Shown: positions 8,790-16,253 of the stretch, piece after piece
Layout: each line of letters opens with the position of its first letter
Position numbering within the stretch: position 1 is the stretch's first letter
Assembly (NCBI RefSeq): GCF_000146505.1
Contig: NC_017448.1
Location: 1,200,001 to 1,232,000 of the forward strand
Source: Fibrobacter succinogenes subsp. succinogenes S85
Lineage (GTDB): Bacteria > Fibrobacterota > Fibrobacteria > Fibrobacterales > Fibrobacteraceae
Length of the DNA: 32,000 nucleotides
Reading direction: 5' to 3'
Position numbers and translations under genes: made by a program
Notes under the pieces: model-generated
Databases searched by the model: none
What the model was told of the DNA's origin: nothing
Seen by the model: only the letters and a program-made list of their open reading frames with translations

Positions 8790-8866
8790 GGGGGAAGCCT
8801 CCCCCTGATTGCAGCCCCGGCCCCGCCGGGTCTTACATCACCCCTTCGAGCGGGGGACACCCCCGC
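8790..8866. repeat. Cluster of three short GC-rich hairpins in the ilvE/toxin intergenic region
   Basis: GGGGGA-AGCC-TCCCCC (8790-8805), CCCGGC-CCC-GCCGGG (8816-8830), GCGGGGG-ACA-CCCCCGC (8850-8866). Embedded in otherwise AT-rich sequence. Confidence 0.45.
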
Positions 8867-8889
8867 AACACCCCCGATTACTCCAAAGC

Positions 8890-9228
8890 TTACATAAACG
8901 GATACATCATACGATTCCAAACAGCATCTTCTAAATCACGCCTAGAATCAACAACTGCAACCACAACAACCTTATTATTCTCCTTGCGATAGATAACACG
9001 CCATGGAGAAATCACAAGTTCACGGAACCCTCCGATTTGCAGTTTATCCAATTCATTAGGGACCTTCCCTAAATCAGGAAAACTTTCTAGAACAAGACTC
9101 TCTTTCTTTATTCTAGCAAAAGAATCTTTAGCATTCTTTTTGCTTTCCTTTGCAATATGAAAAACAATAGACCTTAAATCATTAGATGCCGATTCAGACC
9201 ATTCAACCATAAATTTTTTAGAGGGCAT
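8890..9228 (-). CDS. Type II toxin, RelE/ParE family
   Basis: C-terminal pattern GGFRELVISPWRVIYRKENNKVVVVAVVDSRRDL is typical of ParE/RelE toxins. It lies directly downstream of and overlapping the Phd-type antitoxin gene. Start ambiguous (9252, 9228 or 9210). Confidence 0.8.
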   Translation of the reverse strand: MPSKKFMVEWSESASNDLRSIVFHIAKESKKNAKDSFARIKKESLVLESFPDLGKVPNELDKLQIGGFRELVISPWRVIYRKENNKVVVVAVVDSRRDLEDAVWNRMMYPFM

Positions 9229-9493
9229 CGAGTTCTCGCTCCAAAGCATCAAACAGGTCTTTTTGACGAATAACTTTTCCTTTTGCTATTTCAGCTTCAC
9301 TTTGCGCAATAAGCTTGAAAAGCTTCAGAGCATCCTGCATTGTTTGAAAAGTTTCCACATCGACAATCACGCCACGAGCTTCTCCATTTTGCGTAACTAT
9401 ATAAGGAGCCCGAGTTTCATTCACATGATCTAACACCTTTGCCGCATTAGCCTTGATATACGATATCGGTTTGATATTTTCCAATTTCTGCAT
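9218..9493 (-). CDS. Type II antitoxin, Phd/YefM family
   Basis: 91 aa. ISYIKANAAKVLDHVNETRAPYIVTQNGEARGVIVDVETFQ is the classic Phd/YefM N-terminal fold signature. Confidence 0.85.
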   Translation of the reverse strand: MQKLENIKPISYIKANAAKVLDHVNETRAPYIVTQNGEARGVIVDVETFQTMQDALKLFKLIAQSEAEIAKGKVIRQKDLFDALERELDAL

Positions 9494-9592
9494 AAAAGCC
9501 TCAAAGAACCATATTCAGTACTAAATATAGTCCTTTTAAATATTAAAGTCAAGAGACCTCTGCAGCGTCCCGATCCAACCCGCAAGTTTCCT

Positions 9593-10597
9593 TTAAAACC
9601 GGATTTTAACCTTTTCAAGCACTTGAGCCCAAACCAGCGTCAAAATAACAACTAAAATTGGACGAATCCAATTTAACAAACCGGCACTTAAATCAATATT
9701 CAAAAGATATTTGCTACAGACAGTAGACAAAACGCTAGCAATCAACATATGGAATATATAGACATTCAAAGACAATTTATCACCAATATATTCCAACGGT
9801 CTGCAATATGATTTTTTAGGGATTTTAATCGCCAACGAAAAAATAGCAAGAGAATAGAAAACAATCCCTATACATGAAAACTTTATATGGAAGCCACAAA
9901 ACAAGGAAATCATAGAAATAAGGATTCCTGCAATAATCACCAACAAAACAGACGAATAACGAAAAGACTTGAAAAACGTTTCCTTTGAATGAAGATAGTA
10001 TCCAAAAAGAAAATAAGGCATTGCCCCTGTTAAAAAATTTATCTTATACATCCAAGGCAAATGGTTCGTTTCACAATATACTGTCAAAACCATTTTAAAA
10101 AGAAATAACAATGGCATAACATAAAGAGCTTTATTTTCTTTTTTATGCTTAACAATAAAATACCAAACAATGTATGTTTCCGCCATAGCAATCAAATACC
10201 AAAGAGGTATAGCAAAATCAATCGTGCAAAAAACAGCATATTTGATAGGAGTCGTATATTTAAAATTTAACGACAGCCACTCTATAGCAAAACCACGAAG
10301 AATCTGAACAAATACATTGTAACCCAGAAAACAGAGATAACCAAAAGCAAATATTTTTAAAATTTTTATCAATCTTCTCTTTATAACAGTTTCATCCTTT
10401 TCAAAAGCAAAATACCCAGCAATCATCAAAAATGAAGGAACGGCAAAATGAGTCAACGACGATCCAAGAATGATGCCGACTGCTCCTGGAAATTTGATGT
10501 GGATAAAAACCACAGCTATACAAGCAAGTCCTTTAAGTAAATTAAGAACTTCATTTCTCTTTGCGACTTGCCCCAATTGGGCAGTACTATTTTCCAT
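9593..10597 (-). CDS. Acyltransferase family 3 (OafA/YrhL-like) integral membrane O-acyltransferase
   Basis: 334 aa with about 10 hydrophobic helices. N-terminal LKGLACIAVVFIHI...FAVPSFLMIAGYF pattern of acyltransferase_3. Very AT-rich codon usage. Confidence 0.8.
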   Translation of the reverse strand: MENSTAQLGQVAKRNEVLNLLKGLACIAVVFIHIKFPGAVGIILGSSLTHFAVPSFLMIAGYFAFEKDETVIKRRLIKILKIFAFGYLCFLGYNVFVQILRGFAIEWLSLNFKYTTPIKYAVFCTIDFAIPLWYLIAMAETYIVWYFIVKHKKENKALYVMPLLFLFKMVLTVYCETNHLPWMYKINFLTGAMPYFLFGYYLHSKETFFKSFRYSSVLLVIIAGILISMISLFCGFHIKFSCIGIVFYSLAIFSLAIKIPKKSYCRPLEYIGDKLSLNVYIFHMLIASVLSTVCSKYLLNIDLSAGLLNWIRPILVVILTLVWAQVLEKVKIRF

Positions 10598-10676
10598 ATT
10601 TTTCTCCTTAAAAACAAAGAGCTAAATGCTCTTGCTTTTGCGGAGACTTTTGCCCCAATAGTCATAAAACAAAAAA

Positions 10677-10830
10677 GGCGTGTAGTCGTTTCAAATGCTT
10701 ACTAATCCTGAGGGCTACCACACCCATCTACCTAATAAGCACAAACGACCCACGCCCCATAGGGACGTGAGCGCTCGCCTTATTCTCAGGTAGTTTGAAA
10801 GTGGTAGTTTCAGGATTGAGAATAAGAGCA
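10677..10830. other. Candidate structured non-coding element (interleaved complementary segments); strand and function unknown
   Basis: Lies in a 470-nt ORF-free gap. Stems: A 10677-10691/10743-10756; B 10704-10721/10801-10817; C 10728-10739/10779-10793; D 10779-10788/10817-10826; apical hairpin 10751-10769. No known RNA family recognised. Confidence 0.3.
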
Positions 10831-11067
10831 AATACTCTAAATCGTACGTTCTACACCTTACGGCATAAAACTATGTCAAAAGACATTTTAGCAAAATGAA
10901 TTTTGACCGTCAATATGGAGACTCCACCATACAATCCATATCGCGCAAAATCACATTTTCGCCCCAAAAATCCCTCATTTCAACATTTCCTTAGCCACAT
11001 CCGGGCTAGAAATGATATATTATCTAAGTCGAATTACGCTTTGGCGTAACAGGAAGGGGAACCCGAA

Positions 11068-13452
11068 ATGAAAAACAGGATTTTTGCATTTAACGATGCG
11101 GCCACGTTTGAAAAAGAACTGGCCCAGTTTAGCAACTGGTGCAAAGAAAACGGCTCGCCCACCGTATGTTTCCAGATTCATTCCGAAGAACTGGACCCCG
11201 AAAAACTGAGACCCGTTTGGGAAACATTGGAACGCGTTTTCCCCAAAGTACCGTGGTTCGGAAACTCCACCAGCGGAAACATCGTGGACTGCGAAAAGGC
11301 AAGCGAAATTTCCATATCCGCCATCATATTCGAAAAGCCGACGACAAAGATCCAGATTTTGCAGTACGACTTTTCCAACAAGTCCATCAGCGACATCGCC
11401 CACGAAATCGTGGAAGAAGCCAAGCAGAACCCCTGGGTAAAAGCGGTTGAAATCTACCACTGCATTTCGCCGTTTTCGACAACGAATCTTTGCGAAGGGC
11501 TCGACGCCTTGGCCCCGAACATCCAGATTTTTGGCGGCATCGTCTGCTCCCCCGACATCACGAGCCCGAATTCCTGCGTATTTTCATCCGTGGGCGGTCA
11601 CACCACATCAGGCCTTTTAGTGGTGTTCTACGGCGGTCCGGATTTTTATGTAGAATCCCGCAAGATTAGCGGATGGAAGCCCATCGGCCGTAACTTCCAC
11701 GTCACTCGTTCCAAAGGCAACGTCCTTTACGAATTGAGCAGCCTCCCCGCTTACGAAGTGTACAACAAGTACCTGAACATCAAAAACGACAACAACTTTT
11801 TCTACAACGCGCTCGAATTCCCGATGCTCTACGAGCACAACGGAATTTCCATCGTGCGTGCCGCAGGTGCCAGCAATCCGGACGGATCGCTTACCATGTC
11901 TTCGGATATTGACGAAGGTTCTATGGTCCGCCTCTCGTATGGCGAGCCGCAACTGATTCTCGAAAAAATCAAAACCGAAAGCGAAAACGCCGAACTGTTC
12001 GCCCCCGAAGTCATGCACATATTCTCCTGTGCGGCTCGAAAGGCATTTTGGTCCAAGCACGAACCTACATACGAAATTACAGCGTTCAAAGGGCTCGCCT
12101 CCAGCACGGGCTTTTTCTCGCACGGTGAATTCTTGCGCGAAAAGGGATTTTTAAACCAACATAACATCACGCTCGTCATTGCATCAATGCGCGAAGGCGC
12201 CATTACAAAACGGGGACACGCCAAAGGCGTCATAATTCCGGATGAAAAATCCACCCGTTTGCCACTCGCCGCCCGCATGGCCACATTCATTCGCGAAACG
12301 TCGTTTGAACTGGAACAGATCAACAGCAGGTTACGTGTCATGAACGAGCACCTGCAAGATGTCGCAACGACGGACAGCCTGACAGGACTCGAAAACAGGC
12401 TCGCATTCGACGCCCTTCTAGAAACAATCAACCAGGAAGACTCCCAAGAAAATTCTTGGACCATGTTCTTGATGGACGTGAACGGCCTCAAATACGCAAA
12501 CGACACCTTCGGCCACCAGGCCGGTGACGAATTGATCAAGGCCGCCGCCAAAGCCATCAAAAACACCTACGGCACCAACGGCAACTGCTTTAGAATCGGT
12601 GGCGACGAATTTGCCGTCATCACACAAGCGCCGCTAGATTCGCACTATCCGATGTATTCCATACTGCAAAAGAACATCAACGAATACAATAAAAAGGCGC
12701 TTTACCATCTGTCGATAGCTGTAGGCGCAAGCCGCCTGCGCAGCGATTCCGGAATCCGCAAGTCCATCAGCGACTGGAAAATGGAAGCCGACTTGAACAT
12801 GTATCGCGACAAGGTGCGTTACCACAAGCCGGTCGAAAACGACGAAAACCAGAACCTCAAGGACTTGATTTCCTGCCTGATTTCAGTCGAAGAAGCTAAA
12901 GATTCCTATACGGCGCACCATTCTGAACGCGTAAAAGCCTACTCTGAATTGATAGCACGCTCTCTAGGCCTTTCAGAAAGTTCAATATCGCTGATTACTC
13001 ACGCGGCACACCTGCATGATATCGGCAAAATCGGCATTCGAGACAACGTTCTTACAAAACCGGGAAAACTTACCGACGAAGAATTCGAAATCATCAAGCA
13101 GCACCCGGTCATTGGCGCAAAGATTCTAATGCAGTCGAACTACACGCACGAAATGGTGCAAATAGTGTTGCACCACCATGAACGCTACGACGGCCGTGGC
13201 TACCCCGAAGGCCTCAAAGGCGAAGACATCCCCATAGGCGCTCGCGTGATTGCCATCGCAGACTCCATTGACGCCATGACGAGCAAACGAGTTTACCGCG
13301 ACGCCATGTCTTTGGACTACTGCCGTGAAGAAATCGAAAAAAATCTAGGCAAAATGTACGACCCCGCCATCGGCAAAGTCGTTCTGGAACACTGGAACGA
13401 AATGGTCGATTCCCTGTTGTCCATGCGTACCGGCCGCCCCAAAGTGATTTAA
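11068..13452 (+). CDS. FIST sensor - GGDEF diguanylate cyclase - HD-GYP phosphodiesterase fusion protein
   Basis: 794 aa. The N-terminal ~390 aa are FIST_N/FIST_C-like (IQIFGGIVCS..., FFSHGEF...HNITLV). GGDEF domain with intact RIGGDEFAV. HD-GYP domain (HLHDIGKIGI, HHHERYDGRGYPEGL). Confidence 0.9.
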   Translation: MKNRIFAFNDAATFEKELAQFSNWCKENGSPTVCFQIHSEELDPEKLRPVWETLERVFPKVPWFGNSTSGNIVDCEKASEISISAIIFEKPTTKIQILQYDFSNKSISDIAHEIVEEAKQNPWVKAVEIYHCISPFSTTNLCEGLDALAPNIQIFGGIVCSPDITSPNSCVFSSVGGHTTSGLLVVFYGGPDFYVESRKISGWKPIGRNFHVTRSKGNVLYELSSLPAYEVYNKYLNIKNDNNFFYNALEFPMLYEHNGISIVRAAGASNPDGSLTMSSDIDEGSMVRLSYGEPQLILEKIKTESENAELFAPEVMHIFSCAARKAFWSKHEPTYEITAFKGLASSTGFFSHGEFLREKGFLNQHNITLVIASMREGAITKRGHAKGVIIPDEKSTRLPLAARMATFIRETSFELEQINSRLRVMNEHLQDVATTDSLTGLENRLAFDALLETINQEDSQENSWTMFLMDVNGLKYANDTFGHQAGDELIKAAAKAIKNTYGTNGNCFRIGGDEFAVITQAPLDSHYPMYSILQKNINEYNKKALYHLSIAVGASRLRSDSGIRKSISDWKMEADLNMYRDKVRYHKPVENDENQNLKDLISCLISVEEAKDSYTAHHSERVKAYSELIARSLGLSESSISLITHAAHLHDIGKIGIRDNVLTKPGKLTDEEFEIIKQHPVIGAKILMQSNYTHEMVQIVLHHHERYDGRGYPEGLKGEDIPIGARVIAIADSIDAMTSKRVYRDAMSLDYCREEIEKNLGKMYDPAIGKVVLEHWNEMVDSLLSMRTGRPKVI

Positions 13453-13461
13453 ATATCAAAA

Positions 13462-13492
13462 GGCTCTCGGTCAATCCCGAGAGCCTTTTTTT
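13462..13492. terminator. Bidirectional rho-independent terminator
   Basis: GGCTCTCGG (13462-13470) / CCGAGAGCC (13477-13485), 6-nt loop, T7 run 13486-13492, with an A-run upstream serving the minus strand. Confidence 0.8.
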
Positions 13493-13503
13493 CAAATTAT
13501 CGC

Positions 13504-14793
13504 TTATCGTTTGTCGCGATCAATCCAAGCGCGTTCCGTCTTGCCAGTGTAAATCTGGCGCGGACGGTTAATCTTGCTCTGCGGATCATCGTGCATTTCC
13601 TTCCAGTGGGCAATCCAGCCCGGCAAGCGGCCAATCGCGAACATCACCGTAAGCATGTTCGTCGGGATGCCCATAGCGCGGTAGAGAATGCCGGAGTAGA
13701 AGTCCACATTCGGGTACAGCTTACGTTCGACAAAGTAATCGTCCTTGAGGGCGGCTTCTTCGAGCTTGATAGCCACATCCAAAAGCGGGTCGTGAACGTG
13801 TTCGCGTTCAAAGACCTGGTACATGAGCTTCTTAAGCACCTTGGCGCGCGGGTCGTAACTCTTGTAAACGCGGTGACCAAAACCAGAAAGACGGAACGGA
13901 TCGTTCTTGTCCTTAGCCTTTGCCATCACCTGTTCAATCGTCATGCCGCTCTGCTGAATGCGGAGGAGCGTTTCGAGCACGGCCTGGTTTGCACCACCGT
14001 GGAGCGGGCCCCACAAGGCGCAAATGCCGGCGCAGATGCTTGCGTAAAGGTTAGCCTGAGAGCTGCCCACCATGCGAACGGTCGAAGTGGAGCAGTTCTG
14101 TTCATGGTCCGCATGGACAATCAAAAGCGTGTTGAGAGCCTTTTCCATAATCGGATCCGGGTGGTACGGGCGAGTCTTACTGCTGAACATCATGTTAAGG
14201 AAGTTACTGCAGTAGCTGCGTTCTGCTTCCGGGTACACGAACGGTTCACCGATACTTGCCTTGTAAGCAAATGCGGCAATTGTGCGAATCTTGGAAATGA
14301 GACCTGCGGTCGTGAGTTCGAATGCACTGGCGATGTTTTCGTCATCGTAGAAACGCGGCGTGAAAAGACCAACAGCATTCACCACAGAGGAGAGAATACC
14401 CATCGGGTGGGCTCCCGGCGGCATTTCGCGGAAGAAGTGCAGCAAGTTCTCGTGCAAGAGAGCGTTTTCGGTCAAGAGCGTGCGGAAATGGCTCAACTGT
14501 TCCTGATTCGGGAGTTCACCGTAAATCAGGAGCCATGCGGTTTCCGGGAATGTCGCCTTTTCAGCGAGATCCTCGATGGAATAACCGCGATAGCGCAAAA
14601 TTCCCTTTTCGCCATTGACGTATGTGATGGCACTCTTGGTACTACCGGTATTGAGGTAACCGTAGTCCAGCGTGACCAATCCAGTATCCTTGCGGAGTTT
14701 GCTTACATCAAGACCATGTTCGTTTTCAGTACCAGTTACAACAGGAAGTTCGTACTTCTTTCCGTCGTAATTCAGTATTGCTGTATCGGACAT
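13504..14793 (-). CDS. gltA: Citrate (Si)-synthase
   Basis: 429 aa. Hallmark motifs LLIVHADHEQNCSTSTVR, GPLHGGANQAV, GFGHRVYKSYDPRA, NVDFYSG. Confidence 0.95.
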   Translation of the reverse strand: MSDTAILNYDGKKYELPVVTGTENEHGLDVSKLRKDTGLVTLDYGYLNTGSTKSAITYVNGEKGILRYRGYSIEDLAEKATFPETAWLLIYGELPNQEQLSHFRTLLTENALLHENLLHFFREMPPGAHPMGILSSVVNAVGLFTPRFYDDENIASAFELTTAGLISKIRTIAAFAYKASIGEPFVYPEAERSYCSNFLNMMFSSKTRPYHPDPIMEKALNTLLIVHADHEQNCSTSTVRMVGSSQANLYASICAGICALWGPLHGGANQAVLETLLRIQQSGMTIEQVMAKAKDKNDPFRLSGFGHRVYKSYDPRAKVLKKLMYQVFEREHVHDPLLDVAIKLEEAALKDDYFVERKLYPNVDFYSGILYRAMGIPTNMLTVMFAIGRLPGWIAHWKEMHDDPQSKINRPRQIYTGKTERAWIDRDKR

Positions 14794-14824
14794 AAATCCT
14801 CCGTTTTGCGCGGCTTCGCCGCAG

Positions 14825-16126
14825 TTAGGCTTTCATCGCTACAACGCAATTATAGATATTTTCAAAGAGCTTGCCGAGCTTTTCGGTCGGAACGGCGCTG
14901 AATGCAACGCGGATAAGGCCGGAGAGCATGATCGTGCCCGTGCTGTAATCCTTGATGAGCTTCTGGCGGAGTTCTTCGGCGTCAACGCCCTTCGGCTTGA
15001 TGCACATAAAGTAACCGCTGTTGCACGGCATCGGTTCAAAGGCGTCCTTGTATTCCGGATGAGCAGCAAATTCTTGCTTGATGATGTCGTAGCGTTTCTT
15101 GAGAACAGCGTACTTTTCAGCCTTCTGCTGAGCGTATTCCGGGCTCTGGAATGCGGCGAGCAAAATCTTCTGGCTAATGGACGGAGCGTTAGAAATGTTG
15201 CCACGGACCGTACCGGCAGCCTTATCTTCGAGAGCCTTGAGCTGAGCTTCAGTTGCGCCCTTGAAACCGAAGGACATAAAGCCAACGCGGAAGCCCCAAA
15301 CGTAGTCTTCCTTGGTCGGGCCATCGAGCTTCACGGCGAGGAGGTTTTCGTGAGCGTCCACGAGCTTCACGAAGAGGGATTCCTTCGTCACACCTTCTTC
15401 GTAGACGAGGCCAAAGTAAGCATCGTCGAGGAGAGCCACGACCTTGTTGCCGGCAGCGGCGCATTCCGTGAGGATCTTTGCAATTTCGACCGCTTCCTTT
15501 TCGGTAGCAGTGTAGCCAGTCGGGTTGTTCGGGAAGTTGAGGAGAACGACCTTCTTGTCGGACTTGCTTGCAGCGAGAGCAGCCTTCAAAGCTTCCGTAT
15601 CAAAGCCACCATTCTTGAAGGTGTTGAAAGTCTTGATCTTTGCGCCACGGGCATTTTCGAACACGAGTTCGTAGTTATCCCAGTAAAGATCCGGGATGAT
15701 GACTTCATCGCCTGCGTCGAGGAACATGTAACCGGCGCAGCTGATAGCGTGCGTCAAAGCGGCCGTCACGACCGGGTTGCTGAACTTCTTGGTAGCGAGC
15801 GTCGGGTTCTTCTTGATGTCCAGTTCCTTCCAAGCCTTGCGGAGGTCCGGGTTGCCGAAGCTCGGAGCATAGAGGAAGGACTGCTTCGGAAGATTGAGGG
15901 ACTTGAGAACGCAGTCCAGAACGAGCGGAGAGCCGTCATCTTCGAGAGCTGTACCGATAGTCGCATTGATGTCGGAGCCCTTGGCTTCGGCACCCTGGCC
16001 GAGAATACCCTTACGCGGGAAGAAAATGGCCTTGCCCTGTTCAGAGAGCATATCAAGAACGCAGCAACCGTTTGCAGAAAGTTCAGCGTTCAAAGATTGA
16101 GCGAGAGGATTGTAGTTCATTCTCAA
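14825..16126 (-). CDS. PLP-dependent aminotransferase, class I/II (aspartate-aminotransferase-like)
   Basis: 433 aa. LLNFPNNPTGY (Asn-Pro-Thr-Gly motif), DDAYFGL, candidate PLP-lysine context GPTKEDYVWGFRVGF. Only 31 nt upstream of gltA on the same strand. Confidence 0.85.
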   Translation of the reverse strand: MRMNYNPLAQSLNAELSANGCCVLDMLSEQGKAIFFPRKGILGQGAEAKGSDINATIGTALEDDGSPLVLDCVLKSLNLPKQSFLYAPSFGNPDLRKAWKELDIKKNPTLATKKFSNPVVTAALTHAISCAGYMFLDAGDEVIIPDLYWDNYELVFENARGAKIKTFNTFKNGGFDTEALKAALAASKSDKKVVLLNFPNNPTGYTATEKEAVEIAKILTECAAAGNKVVALLDDAYFGLVYEEGVTKESLFVKLVDAHENLLAVKLDGPTKEDYVWGFRVGFMSFGFKGATEAQLKALEDKAAGTVRGNISNAPSISQKILLAAFQSPEYAQQKAEKYAVLKKRYDIIKQEFAAHPEYKDAFEPMPCNSGYFMCIKPKGVDAEELRQKLIKDYSTGTIMLSGLIRVAFSAVPTEKLGKLFENIYNCVVAMKA

Positions 16127-16200
16127 TGTCCTGTTTTGAAATTTCCGCGGGGCAATTTAGAAAAATTGCAAGCCCCCCGCAAGATTAAAAGGACATCAAA

Positions 16201-16225
16201 AAAGCGATTTGTAACCAATCGCTTT
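16201..16225 (-). terminator. Rho-independent terminator of the HD-GYP gene
   Basis: AAAGCGATT (16201-16209) / AATCGCTTT (16217-16225). On the minus strand the hairpin is followed by a T-run. Confidence 0.7.
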
Positions 16226-16253
16226 TACAAGGTTTTACAGGGATTGTAACAAA

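Noticed and set aside
8675-8992. 105-aa + strand ORF spanning the GC-rich hairpin cluster
   Set aside because: It runs through the hairpin repeats and antisense into the toxin gene. The Pro/Gly-rich translation is a by-product of the C/G runs.
10896-10994. 32-codon ORF (MNFDRQYGDSTIQSISRKITFSPQKSLISTFP) in the long intergenic gap
   Set aside because: No ribosome-binding context, no recognisable peptide features, and a length too short to support it without conservation data.
11617-12566. 168-aa and 245-aa minus-strand ORFs
   Set aside because: Antisense to the FIST-GGDEF-HD-GYP gene. No motifs.
13591-14901. 436-aa + strand ORF
   Set aside because: Antisense shadow of citrate synthase, running on through the intergenic spacer. 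No recognisable motifs.
15059-16249. 396-aa + strand ORF
   Set aside because: Antisense shadow of the aminotransferase gene. No recognisable motifs.
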